Shown: positions 1 to 15,680, counted from the first letter of the stretch. The stretch is 64,000 nt of DNA from Hamiltosporidium tvaerminnensis FI-OER-3-3 (GCA_022605425.2 JAKIMF020000011.1:434001-498000), one strand, 5' to 3'. Translations and numbers: made by a program. The notes: generated by a model from the sequence alone, not told the origin.

Positions 1-3000
1 TCACTCATCAGTTGCTCATATTGTTTTTTAGTAGCTCCTTTCCCAAAATTATCTGATTTGAAGAATTTCCCAACAAAAATTTAGGCTTTTTAACCAGCAA
101 ATTTCGTTTCGTCCTTTAAATTTACTACAAATCTTTCAGAGCAATAATGGCTCGTCTTTAATATTCTTCTGTTCACTTTCTACATATGTTATTTATTCAG
201 TCTAATTAATCGAAAAAATGTATTCTTATGAAAAGTGATATGTTTTTCGAAAAAAACAGTGTTTATCAATCATATTCTTATATGTTTATTGATTTATTGT
301 ATCAATTCTTAGTAATTTTTCTAAAAAATATTTTTTTTGTCAAATATAAAGCACCACTAAGCTATTCGAGTAATACTTATATTGCACAAATATTATTACG
401 AATACAAATAGAAGGCTCATAAGAACGAGAAATAAGTATCAATCTATCATACAATTTTTTTTTATCAAAGTGTAAATTCTTTAAAAAGAAACCCTAACAG
501 GTTAAATCAATTTGTTTTTGTAAGTAAAACCGTTACAAAATCTAAAAAAAATTGTTGTGTTATGTTTGACAAATAATACAATGCAAAGAGAATTTATTAA
601 TTTAGTTCAAATATTTCTATCAATCAATAAAAGCTTTTTAATAGTTTTAGATTCAGACTACTAACTATTATTGTTTGTTTAAGATTTATGAACAAATAGA
701 AAAAGCTATATTCAAATTAATGCCTTATTATCGGTGTATTGGTATGTTTTAAAAGATTAAAAATTTTGAGGAAAGTCATCATCGAAACATCACTGAATTA
801 TATAAATTATATTCGTTTTTCTCCTGTACATATCAAAAACTTTTAACAAATGAAAATTTTTTAGCTTTTATAGCTACCCTTCTACAAGTATGTTTTTCTT
901 TCTATGTCAAGGTAAGTGCATACTATAAATTTAGAGTAGAAATATTTTCGATCATAAAATGAGGTAAAAATCAAACAAACCTTAAAATTTTAAGTCTTAT
1001 AACTCTTTGAAGATTCTTATAACCTACAAAACTATTTTATTGATTGCAGAACTTTAGATTCGAAATTTATTATTTTTATATTTACTTTTACCGTACATTT
1101 CTATTTTTGGAAATTACAATCTCAATGTTCAGTATGCAAATAATAAAAATGAACCATTGCATAAAAATATATAGTGTTACTCTTTTGCTACGACATAATA
1201 AATGTAAAAAAGTCGAATTAATAAAGGAAAACCCTTTAATATGTTTTCTAAAGTATTTTTTTTTTGCTTTCGAGCTAGTATCATTTAGTGCAACTAAGTT
1301 TTAAGAAAGAACTTATATTTTCAGTATCTACAGTAAAGACATATTTTTCGTATTACTTTCAAAGGGGAATTCTAACTTTTTCTTATTGGTGTGTAAGAGA
1401 AGTGCGTATCTCTGGTATAGATAGACTTTATGCGAATCGATAACCTTCTTTTACAATGATTAATTTTTAGATTTTTTAGTCATTGAAAATAAACTTTAGA
1501 TATAAAACACCCTACAGTATTAGAACATAGAATTAGTTAATTTCTAAATAGAAACATTGCTAAACTTTCTATTGGGTTATCCAATGGAATATATGAAAAC
1601 AAATGTAAGATTGCTCTAAATTGTTCCTTGATCTATGGAACAAACCTAAATATGAAATTCAAATCAGCTCTGGATATGTTGTTAAGATAATTTAATTTTG
1701 ACATAATAAGAAAGTTTTACGTTGTGTCAGTTACAGTGTTTTGGGTTAAATCCTTCACGCAGGGTATAGAACCCTCGTCTCGAAAGTATACCATTAAATG
1801 CTTAGTGTTAAATTATAAGTATTTGGTGAAAGAATAAATAAGATTGCTTTAATATATAGTATAAAAGCAAATGATGGCACAAACGAACTAGAAATTCGGC
1901 CTTAAGAGGGATTTGTAGCAATAGATCAATATTATAAAATTTTTCAATCAAGTAGTCTACTGTCTAAGCTGTCTAAAGATTGTAATATATCTTTTAATAA
2001 CAGGTAACGATTCTACAAAACTTTAAGAATATATTAAATTGGGGTAATAAAATCTACATGTATGACATAACAATATTGATAGAATGAGATTTTCATGTTT
2101 TATTCCGAAATACGTACATGGCTTGGTAAAATAATAGATTTCATTAATAATTTAAAATAATTTGTGAAGTATATCAATTTAACACTGCAGAATAAAGACT
2201 CTACCTATCTATGCTTTTTAAAACATTCTAGTTTATTAATATTTAGTTAAATATTAATAGAAAATGCCAAAGTAATGTATTAAATCGTGAATAAATTAAT
2301 AAAAACATCGATTGTGTCCGAAACTTTCGCTTTTTTCTCGATGGCTCACAAATATATACACTATGAAATTAAATTAAAAGCACAAGATATTATGATTTTT
2401 ACAATTTCTCGTTAAAGACTTTAAGAGAAAAGATAATTTCTTATAAAAATAGTTAATACGCACAGCAGTCTTTATACGGATATATTTTATATTTGCATCA
2501 TTGCTTAAATTGAGTATGACGATTACACAATCAGAACAACAATATCAATATGTATATGCTTCTAATTTGTTTTTGGTTTAAAAAATATTAAAAGCGTATT
2601 TCATCTGATCAATTTTTTTTTCTCTATGTATATGAATTTTTCTGATTGTCTTTATGCTAGAAAATTACATCAATTATAAAAAGTTTCTTAACTATAACTT
2701 AAAAAAAGAATATATTTTCAAAATTTAACAATTATGAGTATTTACGCAATTAGAACAAAATTTCTTTGATTTTGTCAGAATAGACGTGCGCAAAATTTCT
2801 ATAAAATTAAAGCTCAATATGCAAGTTTTTTTAGGCTAAGAATTTACAAAATAAGTTTCATTTCGTTTTAAATTAATCATTCATCTATATCCTGTTATTT
2901 AGTCGATTTTTTAAAAATATGTTTTTATACTGCAAAAATGAACTATGGTATAAAAATAAATAGAAAAACTAATCATTAATAAGTGTAGCTGTAAAAACAA

Positions 3001-6000
3001 TGTACGGCAAACAAAAAAGATTTGATAGCCACGAACAAAGTAAATACCTTATATGTTTTGATATATTTACGTGTTTATTTATAGTATGTCTAACAATAAG
3101 TTTACAATCATATGTAACATCTAGTTTTTAAATGATGATTAGATCGAAATATATTGAAAGGATTCCAATGCTTCTCATTACTAGATTTAAAATGAAAAAA
3201 TTGTGGCAAATAGTAAAATACATATTAAAAGTGTGTTTATTCTATATAGTCTATAATATAGAATCTAAATGGTTTTATATAGTGATAATGGCTGCAATAG
3301 GAAAAAAATCTATGTTGATTTGAATATCATAGAATTTTGTCAAAAATATTTTTAATTTTCATATCAAAAGTTAAACAGATAAATTATAAATTTAAAATGC
3401 TTTCCTGTGATTTTATCAAAAACACACAGTTTTTATCATGCCTTTTTGATTCTATACGATATAAAATAGATTTAATGTTAACATCGATCTGTTTTTGAAG
3501 TAAATTAACTAAATATTTCTTTCTTTTTAATTTTGTGCACAAATAAAGAAATCTTGTCTCCAATATCTATAGGTTCTAATTTTGTTTAATTTGCAAATAA
3601 ATTTGATAAATGGAAAGAATTTTAGATAGATAGTCGTAAAAAAATTACGCTGCAATCTAAATTATTGTAGTATCAAGGAGAAAACCACTATGAATATAAA
3701 AAATGTTTTTAGCGTAGAAAAATTTAAGAATAAGAGCAAAAACAAAATATTTTCAGATGGCCTAGTTCTCTTGCTTTGATGCCATGTGTTTCCTTGGTCA
3801 AATACAAGCGTAAAAAATATAGTTCATCGTCATAAAAAAAAACTAAATATTAAAAATAATTCTTATATAAAGCAAACGAACCTCTTTTTCCTGGCAAAGT
3901 TTCGATACTATTGACTTAAAAAATAGACTTTTATTTCAATTTATCATAGCTACAGAAAAATTTGGAACATGGTAGTATGTTTTATGATTCTAGAAAAAAT
4001 ATACAACCCGTGTGAAATTTTAACGGCCTTGCAACGAAACTTTCTTTTAGCATATCCGTAGGGCCTTACTTAAATCGAAAATACGGAACCTTAGTGTATC
4101 TCTATCGAATGAACTGATGTATTCTCCTGCAGTTTTTTAGTGTGTTTGAGGCACATATTTTATTGCCATTTAGTATTGTTTTTATTACAGAAATAATCAT
4201 TTAAGGGTTCTAATTTACTAATATTTTTACTAAAGTAGAAATTCTTATCAAAAATTCAAATACGTTTCTGAGATAGGCTGAAACTTATTTTTTATGGAGG
4301 TTTTTATATATCTAATTATCAAAATAGTTTTTAGACCTAAAACAAAAAATGAAATTATATGTCTGTTTGATCTGTATGGTAAGAGTAAGGTGATTGTGTG
4401 GAAACCGAGTAATATATATAAGTAAAATGTTTTTAAAGGCATTATTTGACTTTATGAAAATTAAACCCGAGTTTTTTCTGTGCAATTTTTTGAAAACTGT
4501 ACCGGTAGTCTACAAAACACTGAATTTTTTGTCAAAAAGTTTTGCATAAATTTAAGTATATGGATTGTAAAACATTACAGAGAGTTTTGCTTTTCCCGTT
4601 GAATCATAGAAGACTAAACTTGCAGACATCAGCGACAACAATTTGCCTTTATGGGATAGAAGAAATATACATTTTTAATCCAGGTAGAAGAAGATGATAT
4701 AGACTTACTAGCACATTTCTAATCCTTCGATCTGGTGAACTATATTACGCTGTCATGTTTATATTTAAGGTCTTGTGCGTTCCATAAGTCATGCTTGGGT
4801 GTAAAGCTTAAGTTTGAGAAGCCGATGTGTACCTAGACCGAGATCTTATCGCAAATTATAAATAAAACTAACTTTTATATTGATTTTTATAGTCAATAAT
4901 CTAGCTTTTAAGTAGAATATTTTTGTTGCGAATACATAAAGAATGTAGGAAAACGTTGTAAAGAAGATATTTATGTCAAAACATATCTAAGTATGGTAAG
5001 GAAAAGAATAAAACACAGTCAACTTTATAATATAATATTATATCAAATAACAATTGTTTGAGTATTTGATGTATTATTAGTTAAGTATTCGGAATTCACA
5101 TGAAAATGTACTATACTATAATAGAGCATTTAAAATATATTATAGTCTACAAAATGAAATTAACTTATATCATACCCAGAGAGTTTTTTGAAAAAATGTA
5201 GAAAGATTTCGCTATGAGACACATAGAAGTACCGCTAATGAGGGGGCTCAAAGATCAATAATATAGAAAAGCTTCTGTATATAGCAGATATTTTTGGAAT
5301 CCCAGTAAGAGTCTTAATTAACAAAAAAATGTGTTTTATATTTTAACTTATTCTTTATAAGGAAATAGTTATTAAGGCTTCTTTACTCTTCAAGCGAATG
5401 TTTGACACGCGGTAGAATATACAAGCTTTAATTTTAAATCTTAAACAATAAGATCTATGCTAATAATCAATGTATTTTAAATTAAAATTATTTCTTGTAT
5501 GCCCTTGTCAGAAGTGTATATAATTATGAGATGTTCTAGACGAATATATTTACATCGAACCAAACAATATCTAGGTATCTAGAAATTATTAAAAATGAAA
5601 ATTGTTAAATTGTTAATCATGTGTAGTGCTACAAAATTTTAAAAATATGGTTTTGTGATTCTTAGTGAGTTTCTCTCGAAAATATACATAAAAGTTTTCG
5701 CTATGCATTTTAGACTAAAAAAAAGATACTTTATTGGCATGATCTTTAACAGAGCTGTACCAAGTAGTTAAGCAAAAGAATCTTAGTTGTTTAATATGAT
5801 TAAGCAAAAATGTATAAGTTATTTTTATATATATATTTTAAATAACTCAGCCCAATGTACGAAAAAGCACACCTAAAAAAATAATACAATAAAACATATT
5901 AGATTTTCTGGTAATCTAGTTACAAAATGAAATAAAGAAAAATGACAAGCAAATACATAATTCGTTTTTATGTAAGTTTCACAAGCTATTTTGAAAGTAA

Positions 6001-9000
6001 ATTTATATTTTTATTAAAACAATAACTGAATGGAAAATCGTAAAAGCTTAGGAACCATGCGCCACTTATACCGCATATATACATCGACACAGAAATTTTC
6101 TATGCAAAAGCCTAAGAAACTAAAGAATCGACTCTATAAATGACATTTCATGTTTCTGAGTCTTTTATTTTTAGGCCTTGCATTTGTCAGATATACATTG
6201 CAAATACCGCATCGAACGAGGCTTAGGGTTTTATATCTGCGTTGCAATTCCGGCTCATTCTTTTTAAAAACCACGGTTCCATAAATTTTGTCACTTAGAA
6301 AAGAATAATCACATGTTGCAAATTCATTACTTTGCACATGGTTATATTAAACTTATTTTTTTTATCGCTAATTAGAAACCTCTGCCTATTTTTATATCAA
6401 GGAATATCGCTAAAATAATTTTTTGAGATTGTTGATTTTGTTTAAATATGTAAATCAAGCTGCATGGGTGCCCCTCAACTTCGAAGCTAGGTATGTAGAT
6501 AAAATAAAACAGATATATTGCTTTTTTTTAGATTGTTTGTAAAAATCCTGCTGTTTGTTTATTTATATTCAGGCTCTGTTCTTTAAAAGGCCGCAATAGT
6601 CAGGAAACCCACATCACATTTTTTAGGCGTTTGCTTTTAGATAAGATTTGACTTTCAAATAGCCCAAATGATAATATCTTTTTCCTATTTCAAATCTAAA
6701 GTTGTTTTAATTATAAAGTTTGTACTTAGAATAGCTATACAACGATAACACTTTCAACAAAAACTTTAAATGTTTCAAATTGACTAGTTATTTTTGCAGT
6801 ACAAGTTTTTCAACAATTTGTATAGCATTTTGATTTTATAGGAGTACTTTAGTTCAGCCTCAAAATTTCATTACTTTCGAAAGTAGTTTGTAGGTATTAT
6901 TTAAGAACAAACTTCATATTATTAGAATTTCTTTATATTCAGAGTTTATGCTCAAATGCTATGCTTGTTTTAGGTATCTGCAACGTAACCTCTTGTTCAT
7001 TTTTTGCTAATATTGACCTTAACCTAAACAAGGGATTCTTCTTATTCGTTCGCTTGCTTTACATAAACGGCGCCGTGTTAATGTACAGCATTCTATTTAT
7101 CCTCTTTGTTCCACTACATATGTTACATATTCTCCACAGTAGGGTTAGTGAAAAAATTGGTCTTTTATCTTGTTGTGTATTAGCCGAGTTCAAACGAGAA
7201 AAACATGTCGATGTACATATGTTTTTTTCGTTATCGCATTGCAGTCTACATGTCGAATCAAAAAATAAGTAGAACATATTCGACTTATATAAATAAATTT
7301 GTTATGAGTATCAAATTGTGATCGCTTAGTCGAGTAGCGATCTGAAATCTTAATTTAGCTTTTTAACTATAATTATTCAAATTAGTCTTTCTTTCTTCAA
7401 ACCTTGATTTTTAAACCACATATATGTTCTAAATAGGTTACTATCATTAATCCTGTTCTATTTTGATATAAAATTTTCCTCTAGTTCTATACGCATGGGA
7501 CTTTTATAGTCCCTGGTACATATCTCATCTAAGCTGTAATTCTCTTCCCGAAAGCCATCAAACTTAATGCGCCTAATTTCTAGAACACAAAAATTATCTA
7601 GTCTCTCTTTTTCTAAAAATAAAGATGACAAAGGCGCGTAAACTTTAATTACTTGAATGTTTTCTAAATATCTCGATTTTCAATATATAACCTTTTCTAC
7701 TAGTTACTGGTATTATGTTTTTGATTATTTTTGGAGTCTTATTTCTTAATAGGTACATTGTGGAGAATAATTGTCTTAAGAAGTACATAACATTGACATC
7801 CGTCTCTGAAATGCTTTTTTTAAAAATAACTAACTCTCAATGATAAAAAAACTTAAGAAAATCGTTACTTTATGAGGATGAAATGGTCGCTTCGGGGGCA
7901 AGATGATGTCTGATACGCGATGATAATAGCACCAAGCGTATACTATCAGAATGCCGTAAATTTAACAATGTAATATTAAATGAATCGGTATTAACAATGA
8001 TCATATCAAGTAAAAAATCTTTTAAAGGTGTCGCAAAAGTCTCTTGTTTCCCGCAAGTTATAAATGAATAGAATGCATTTTTACTTATGAAATTAATTGT
8101 GCAAAGTTTTGAAATAATGCTTCAAGTAAATTGCGAATCTATATTTTAAAGGAGGTAAGAATTACTTAAAAATATATTCGCACAGTTATATTATTTTCCG
8201 AAATCTTTTTAACCATAAAACCTTAAATCAGACCAAAATACTTTATTTTACTTTAAATATATATTTTTACAGTTTATATTTTTTTTTTTGTAATTTTCCC
8301 TTTATTTTAGAAATTACTATATATCTTTGAAAGATAGGTAAATTAGTATCTTTAGATTATTTTTTTAAAAATATATATAATCCTAAAATATTATTTTGAC
8401 TATTGAATGCGTAGTTTTTATAGGGGCATTCATTGATACGATAGTTTCGAGATTTATATTAAATAAGCTTTGAAAATTCAAAATTGTATTTGCTAAGATA
8501 TCTCAAAAATTTAAATATTTTGATAGTCTTAAGATTAAAACACGATGCTTCGATTATTGGTGCAAAAACACACATATGCGACTCTAATCAAATCCATATT
8601 GACTGTGTTATTCGTCATTGCATTACTTATCTCAGAGTGTATTATAGTATGGACATATACAATGAAAAGTTTTATTTAACATTTGCATTTAATTACATGA
8701 ATAGGCCGTAATCGAGCTTATTATTATAATCATTATACACTCAAGGTTTGAAAATTTTTACTCGTTATCATCTCTGAATACTAGGTATAGAAATTCAAAG
8801 TTATATAATAGAAACCAGATAAATCGAAAAGTAGCGATCATATTGATAACAATCTGAATTTTCAACCTATATACAAGAACTAAATCACGGAATGCAATTT
8901 ATGAAACTGGGCATATTTTTAGTTTTCTTTTTCTGAATTTTACCTGTAGAATCTTGAATTTGAATCTAAAATATTTTAATGCACAATTTCATAAGGTGGT

Positions 9001-9096
9001 ACAAAATGTAGTTAGAATTGCATTTTTATATTAAAAAAAATAAGTTGAAAACATTTTCTAATTTACGAAAAAAATTCATGTTTACTACATATATTT

Positions 9097-9400
9097 TGTG
9101 GACGGAGAGAGAATAACAACGTTAAAAGCTAACTGTTTAGTCATTGGTGTGTGTGTAAATGTTTTGGAAATCATTGTAGAACTTTTGGTGGAATAAAACC
9201 GCATTGTATCTAAAGAAGTTTTCTTTATACTCCGAGTTACAAACAGATTAAAAGAAATAATATGAAACTTTAGTTGTTCCTCTTCGACACCGAGTGGGAA
9301 AATAGGAATGAAAAAAGTAGGATATAAAATCTTGTAAGCAAAAAAGTATAAATAAATGCAAAACCAAATTTTTCACCTATGAAACCTTTTCGCATATAAT
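9097..9400 (+). mobile_element. Family A long variant, 5' part
   Basis: GTGGACGGAGAGAGAATAACAAC and ATCATTGTAGAACTTTTGGTGGAATAAAACC match the family A 5' end, followed by TCGACACCGAGTGG. 3' extent unclear. Confidence 0.55.
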
Positions 9401-10849
9401 ATTATATGAACATTTGATGAATCTGATTATTTCCTGGTTTCGGTACTTTATATTGAATTCGACGTTCTAACCCACCGATAAAATCTTTAAATTTATATAA
9501 CGAAGCGATGGTTTTGAGCATCTTTTTTATTTGGTGCAATATTAGTACGAACTTCTTATGTTTCTTCATATATTCAATTTTGAATTTTTTTACTGACTTT
9601 TAAAAAGCCCATTAAATTTAATTCAAAATACTGCTTCAAAACATTGTATATAAAGATTTAAGTTTAAGTTTCTGCTTTTTATACTAGGAAAGTAATTGTA
9701 GGTGCTAATAATACATAACTATCTGATTTGCCAAAAAAATTTTTTTTTACTAAACCTTAGTTTAAAATCTGGCTATTCCTGGATATCTTTATGTTTTTTT
9801 GTTTAAAATTGTTTTCGGGTTTTGCTTTTGTAACATTTAAAATACTTTTTTTTACAAATATTTTAGAGCCGGAATATATTTTTTTTTAATTAGTTCCTTT
9901 GATTGTTTAGGCTATTTGAACATATCGAAAAAAATAAAAATTTAAGAGAACCTTTTAAAATAAATAGAGCTAAATGTTTTTAATTTTGTTTTTATAATTT
10001 TTCTATAGTAAAATTTATGAATAATAGGCTATTTTGCTACTATTGGCTTTAAGTTCTACATAAAAAAAATAAAAACATTTTCCAATTATTTTTATAGCTT
10101 TAATAAGTAAAATATATTGCAGAAAGAGCAAAACTTGAATAAAAAAGACACCTGAATGCAACAAAGGATTTCCGAAAATTTATTTAATGCAATAAAATGA
10201 GACAAAAGATACAATGTATCTTGTAGGTGTCTTAATTTTTTCATGATTGTTGTTCAATGTATTAAAATTCGATGAAAATGATTAAACTTTCCTGTTAAGC
10301 CCACTTTCATAAAAATATAGAAAGATACACCAAATATTTTATGATCAAGTAAAGTTTTTTTGCTAATTTTGTATTCTTTTTAATCAAATTACTCTCGATC
10401 TTAAATTTTATTAATTTAATTGTTCTCGCCTTCTCTCTGGAGGGACACAATCTTACGATAAATCATGGCTTCGCCAAGTTCTAGGCGTTCTAAAGATAAT
10501 TTCCTTTTGATTTGTTAGGTTGTTAGTTTCACCCAAACTTTCCGAACCAAAGAAGTATAGTGCCCCAACCGGAGATCGAAATAAGCCTTCTGAAGTAGAT
10601 TCTGATATTCTCACCAGTAAACCATTTACGAAGTTTAAATTTGAACTATGTGAATATTTTATAAATGAAAATTTAATCTTTTTTGCTATTTTTTATGGTT
10701 TTTATAGTAACACACCACATTTGAGTTTGATATTTGTAATATAGTATTGTGTAAGACAATAGCCAAAAAATGTTGTTATATCTACATATACCTTGGACGT
10801 AAAATACTTTAAGAAAATATATTCAAAAGCAATAAAGCTACCGTATTAT

Positions 10850-11230
10850 AATTTGTTATTTATTTTAGTTTTCGCATTTCGCCAGTGTTCTTACAATTGA
10901 TAAAATATTTCAGAGAAATTGCTTCCGGGAGCATTTAAGAAGGTGTTGTCAAAAATTACAATTTTTGGGATAATATATTTATGATGCTGCATGTCCCTAT
11001 TTACATAATATGAAGTATTAACACATCTATGTACATCATATTCCCTATTTGATCAAAATATGAATGCTTTATATATCCAAGTATTTGTATAGAATACCAA
11101 AGTCGCCTGATTCTTATTGTCTACGATTGCATTATTCTTTAGGTTGCATAGAAATTTAATGGTTGGACTTACTTCTATATAGCCCATAATTCGCTCACCT
11201 CTATGAATCTATTTTTTTTAAAAAAACAGA
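10850..11230 (-). mobile_element. Decayed Merlin/IS1595-like transposase remnant
   Basis: IMGYIEVS..IVDNKNQATL..WI..HRCVNTSYYVN resembles VFG..V.DR..TL..H.TVNHS.FV. Confidence 0.4.
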
Positions 11231-14200
11231 TTTAGAAATTTCCTAAAGAAAAATCTAAAGCACAATCAAAGATTTTTTTAATTTAAATAAACTTCAGGTT
11301 TAAAAAAAAAATTTAAAAAAAAATTTTCTAATTTTAGCTTATTTGACTCATCAAGGTACAATACGAACTTAAAGGGAAGAATTTGTAGAAGTGCGCATTT
11401 CATTGTTAAGTTTCAGACTTTTTTTACATGATTTTTCCTAAGATAAAAAAACATCGTTTTTGAATTAATATTAGGTAAACTAGATAAGGCTCGTAGCCAT
11501 TAAAATTCAATTATGTTATTTTAAAGGGTAGAAGATGTTTATAAACATATTAATTTTGTTAAAATATTTGTTGTCAAAAAGCTACAATTTTTTATACAGT
11601 TTAACTCTTTCAAAGTAGCAAAGAAATTTAAGAATGGATTCAGAAGCAAAGTATTTACATATGAGTATTTCAAGATAATAAAAAGTCGCTTTAAATTTAC
11701 GTTCTTATGTTATTAGCGATAGATAAACGACGATAACTCAAAAAAAGCATTTAATTTATATTGAAAGATATGTTTGGTCATAGATACAAAAACTGGTGTA
11801 AAAAGTATTTTACTATTACGTAACCGTAGCACAAGCCATAAAATATTTTTTCTGATCAAGCGAGCTCTTAACGGTATCCAATATATCCAAAAGAAAAATA
11901 TTTCGTGTTATAATCACATTTTACGACCAAACTTTATCTAAAATTCATTACAAAGTTTTTACAAAAAATATAGCTATTTTATACAATTTAACTTTGTATT
12001 TTTCTTGCTTTATGTAAATATAATAAGAGAACGATAAATACAAATGAAGTGTGATATTATAAATAATTGGGACTTTTTAATATGATTTATCATAAACGAA
12101 TTTTTCTCGGTAAAAACCAAATTTTAAATTTTAAAATAATTCTTAATATAAAGTTCAAAGTAGATAAATTTTGTTAATTTGTATAAAAATCATACTTACA
12201 TTGTTCCTAATATTTTTCGTTAAATTTAACACAGATAATCCTTAAATTCGGACACTCAATAGTATTATATACGTCTTTAAAAATAAGTTCTAAACAACTT
12301 TCAGCATATTATAAAAAGTTTCTGGGTCTATTTTTATTATCTTATGATTTATTCTAATACAATTATATATAAATAAACAAATCAAAAATTCTTTTCTTTT
12401 TAGAGTAACTTACATCGCTTTATACTTTGAAGATAATTAAAATAAATTATGATTATAAATATTATCACTATAGTATAATCATACCCAATTAATTTAATAT
12501 ATCATGTATTTATTGATTCCAAGCTTTTCTAGGTAAAATATGTCATTTAAAATCGATTTTTCATACAAACTTTAGAGGAAACGTTATTTTTTAATATAGT
12601 TTTACCCACATAAACGGGAATTATTTTCCTAATTGCAATTCAGTGTATCAAGTGAACAAAAAATTTACATATATTCCTTGTGTTGGTGTATATTTCGCTA
12701 GTTTTACAAAATATAACTTCTATACCAAAGTGTATACTTTTATAGATGTAAGTTAAAATACCTCTAGTATTTTTAAGATACATAGTTTTAGCTGATTTAA
12801 AAAAATTAGATCTTCACTATGCAGTCTACTTTGGATACACTGTTACGAAATCATTAATACTTATATATTAAGTTATGCTGTTTAAAATTCCCTAATTCTT
12901 TTATGCAATCGGATATAGAAGAGTTTATTTTTTTCATTTTATTATGGATATATAGACCGTTTTACGTATCTTTGCAAAGTTCTGGCACTCTGTCCTCAAA
13001 TTAGTTTGTACACGCGGTTAGATTAAACAATGTCCTAGATTTACTTAGTAAACCAAAATACTTCTAATATTTTGTTATAATTTTATAATCGCAATAGAGA
13101 TTTCGATTTAATTACACATAAGACAACAGTTCTCATTTTCATTATTTCATATTTATCAAACTATAATTGTATTCTTTTTTCGTATAAGCAGCAAGTCTAT
13201 GTTTTGGCATAATTTGAAGCTGAGGTTAAAAAAATATAGCAGGCGCACACAAATTGCTTACATTTAAAAAAGATATCCCGTCAACTTAGAATAAATTTAG
13301 AATGTGATTTGAAAGTTAATTTTATTTATATTTAGAAATACAATGAACACTGATTTTTTTATCTCATTTATATTTCTAGACTTTTTTTCGATGCTTTAAA
13401 CGACAACTAAATTTACCAAAGAAGAAAAAACATCATTATCTGCCCCATGCTTTTGAAAAATAGGCTTTATCAAAGCGATCCAAATTATTTCTTTTCTGAT
13501 TTTATGTTACACTTTAAATTAAAGTAAAGAAAAAACAATTTTTTTTTGTTTAAAATAGGAACGAATCTCATTAGAAAATATATTTTTTTGGCAAAATCCA
13601 AACCTGACTATATATTAATTGGCATTTTTATATATTTTGAATTCAAAAAGAACAGTTACTGAAATGATTATAATCAATGGTTTCTAAATGCAGATATATA
13701 GTTATAAATGCATTCATATCGAATGTAATTGTTTAAATGGCATAAAACGGATTGTTAGAAGGCTATTTTCATGCGTGTTGCATCTCTCTGTAAACATATG
13801 TCGATTTGTATTAATTCATTTTTAAATTTGGATTATTATGACGTTTGAAAACGATAATAGTAGTCTATGTTTGCCCAGAATTTCAATATTATTTATCTAT
13901 TTTTGTTTACATCTCTTCTTTTGTGATTTTTTTTAAATAACTAGGAAATAAAACCGTTAGTATGCAAGATAAGCAAAAAAAATCCCAAAAATATAAAATT
14001 GTTTATGGAAAGGTAACAGGATATCTAAATGTCGCTTACAACAATAATAATAATTTGTATTACTTAAATTTGCTAAATAGCATTTTTTTGATTCTTTATG
14101 CTTATGAGCAGGTCAAAACTAATGGATATCCAAATTGGTTTAGATCCATTGCCATCATTTATAAAATATCAAAAGATGAATTCCTAAATTTGTTAATATC

Positions 14201-14517
14201 GAGAAAATGTAAATACTCTGTTGTTTTCTGCTATATTTAATACAAATTACAGAGTAATCGGTTCTTAGTTTTTACAACCATAATTCTAGTTGTTATAGTG
14301 ATTTGGGCATTTTACGAATTTATTTTCAAGAGTTTGCAACGAAAATTATATAATAGTCAAATTTGAAATCTTAAACATTTAATTATGAATACATGCCTAT
14401 TAATTACCATTATATGTCTGCATAGATAATGATATTTTTATTTTAACTGAAGTAGAGTTTAATATTACAAGATTTTTTATTATACGTAGAATTTTAATTG
14501 TACGTTTTACAATATTT

Positions 14518-14761
14518 CATTCATTTATTCATCCTGGCACTCCAGCCCTGTACGTTAGTCTTAACATTCTTTAGTAATACCGCCCAACGGTCTTTTTGTA
14601 ATAGGTTTGTTTACATATCGGGTTTCGTAACAAGTTGGTTTTAAAGGATGGGTTGTTAGGCCTACACTTAACCCAAATATGGGGGATCAGTCCCTTTTAG
14701 TCGCCTCTTACGACAAGCAGAGAATACTCCAAGCCAATTCTGCTCCCGGCATGGTGGGGAA
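14518..14761 (-). mobile_element. 244-bp RTE-derived bipartite SINE (family B)
   Basis: Perfect 16-bp TSD ACGTTTTACAATATTT (14502-14517, 14762-14777). TGAA-type tail. 5' motifs TGTCGTAAGAGGCGACTAA and CTAACAACCC..TGTTACGAAAC, and 3' AGGGCTGGAGTGCC, resemble RTE-clade termini. Confidence 0.85.
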
Positions 14762-15019
14762 ACGTTTTACAATATTTACTTCAAATATTTATTAGTCAAA
14801 CAATATACTTAATAATTACGTCAATATTTCTGTTTATTGTGACTTTCAATCATTCTGAATATTTTTCTTTGTCTGAAATTTTTGTTGATGAAATAATCAC
14901 TATGATCATTGTGTTAAGGATTTTTTAGTGCATTGATTCTGATTTGAAAATAAAATAATAATATCGCATATATTACATAGATAACACATTTCGAATACAC
15001 TTTAAGCATGTGGTGTAAT

Positions 15020-15680
15020 CTTACTTTTGAATAGAAATATATATATCGTTTTATCAAAACTGTTCTTCAGACTTCGAATTTATCCTTTAAATGCTTGGTT
15101 TTATATTTTTCTATTGATATTTTTCGAACATTTAATGGTTCAGTAATTCAATTCCCTATTGTTTGTTGCTGACAATGACTTTAATATAATTCTTGATCTA
15201 AGCCATCCCTTATCCCTTTTATATCAAAGTATTCACACATATTCTTTCTAAGCATTAAGTAAAATAGAACTTAGATTAGGTATATCTAAACAACTTACAT
15301 GGGGTCTAATATGACTTAAAGTGGCATAATAACAGATTCAGCCTTTATTGGGCATCTTCGGGGTTTAAAAATGTGTTTTTCTTAATGTTACCAAAGCTTA
15401 GGCCTTCCATCAAGACGAGAGAGGCGCTATATACATACTTTTACAGTAAATTAATTACCAATGGTTGCCTCAAAAGGTAATCTAGTTACAATGAAATTTT
15501 GCAAACAATGTTTATACAAAACGTTTAGGTATTATCTCGATTCATTTCTTATACAAACTAAAAGGTAACTTCCTAAATGAGATCTGGTTTTCATTCTATC
15601 AAAAAAAAATCAATGTTTTTTTACATGTATTCTAATACATTCGCTGAGAAATAATTTAAAATGAAATTATTTTTCCCTTG
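15020..15680 (-). mobile_element. Family A, highly decayed copy
   Basis: Collinear remnants TATATCTAAACAACTTACATGGGGTC, CATACTTTTACA, TAATCTAGTTACA. Ends approximate. Confidence 0.6.

Noticed and set aside
6961-8170. Possible gag-, APE- or piggyBac-like fragments (IKVYAP, KFDG, CNIC, DEMVA)
   Set aside because: The motifs are too short and mutually inconsistent to assign without a search.
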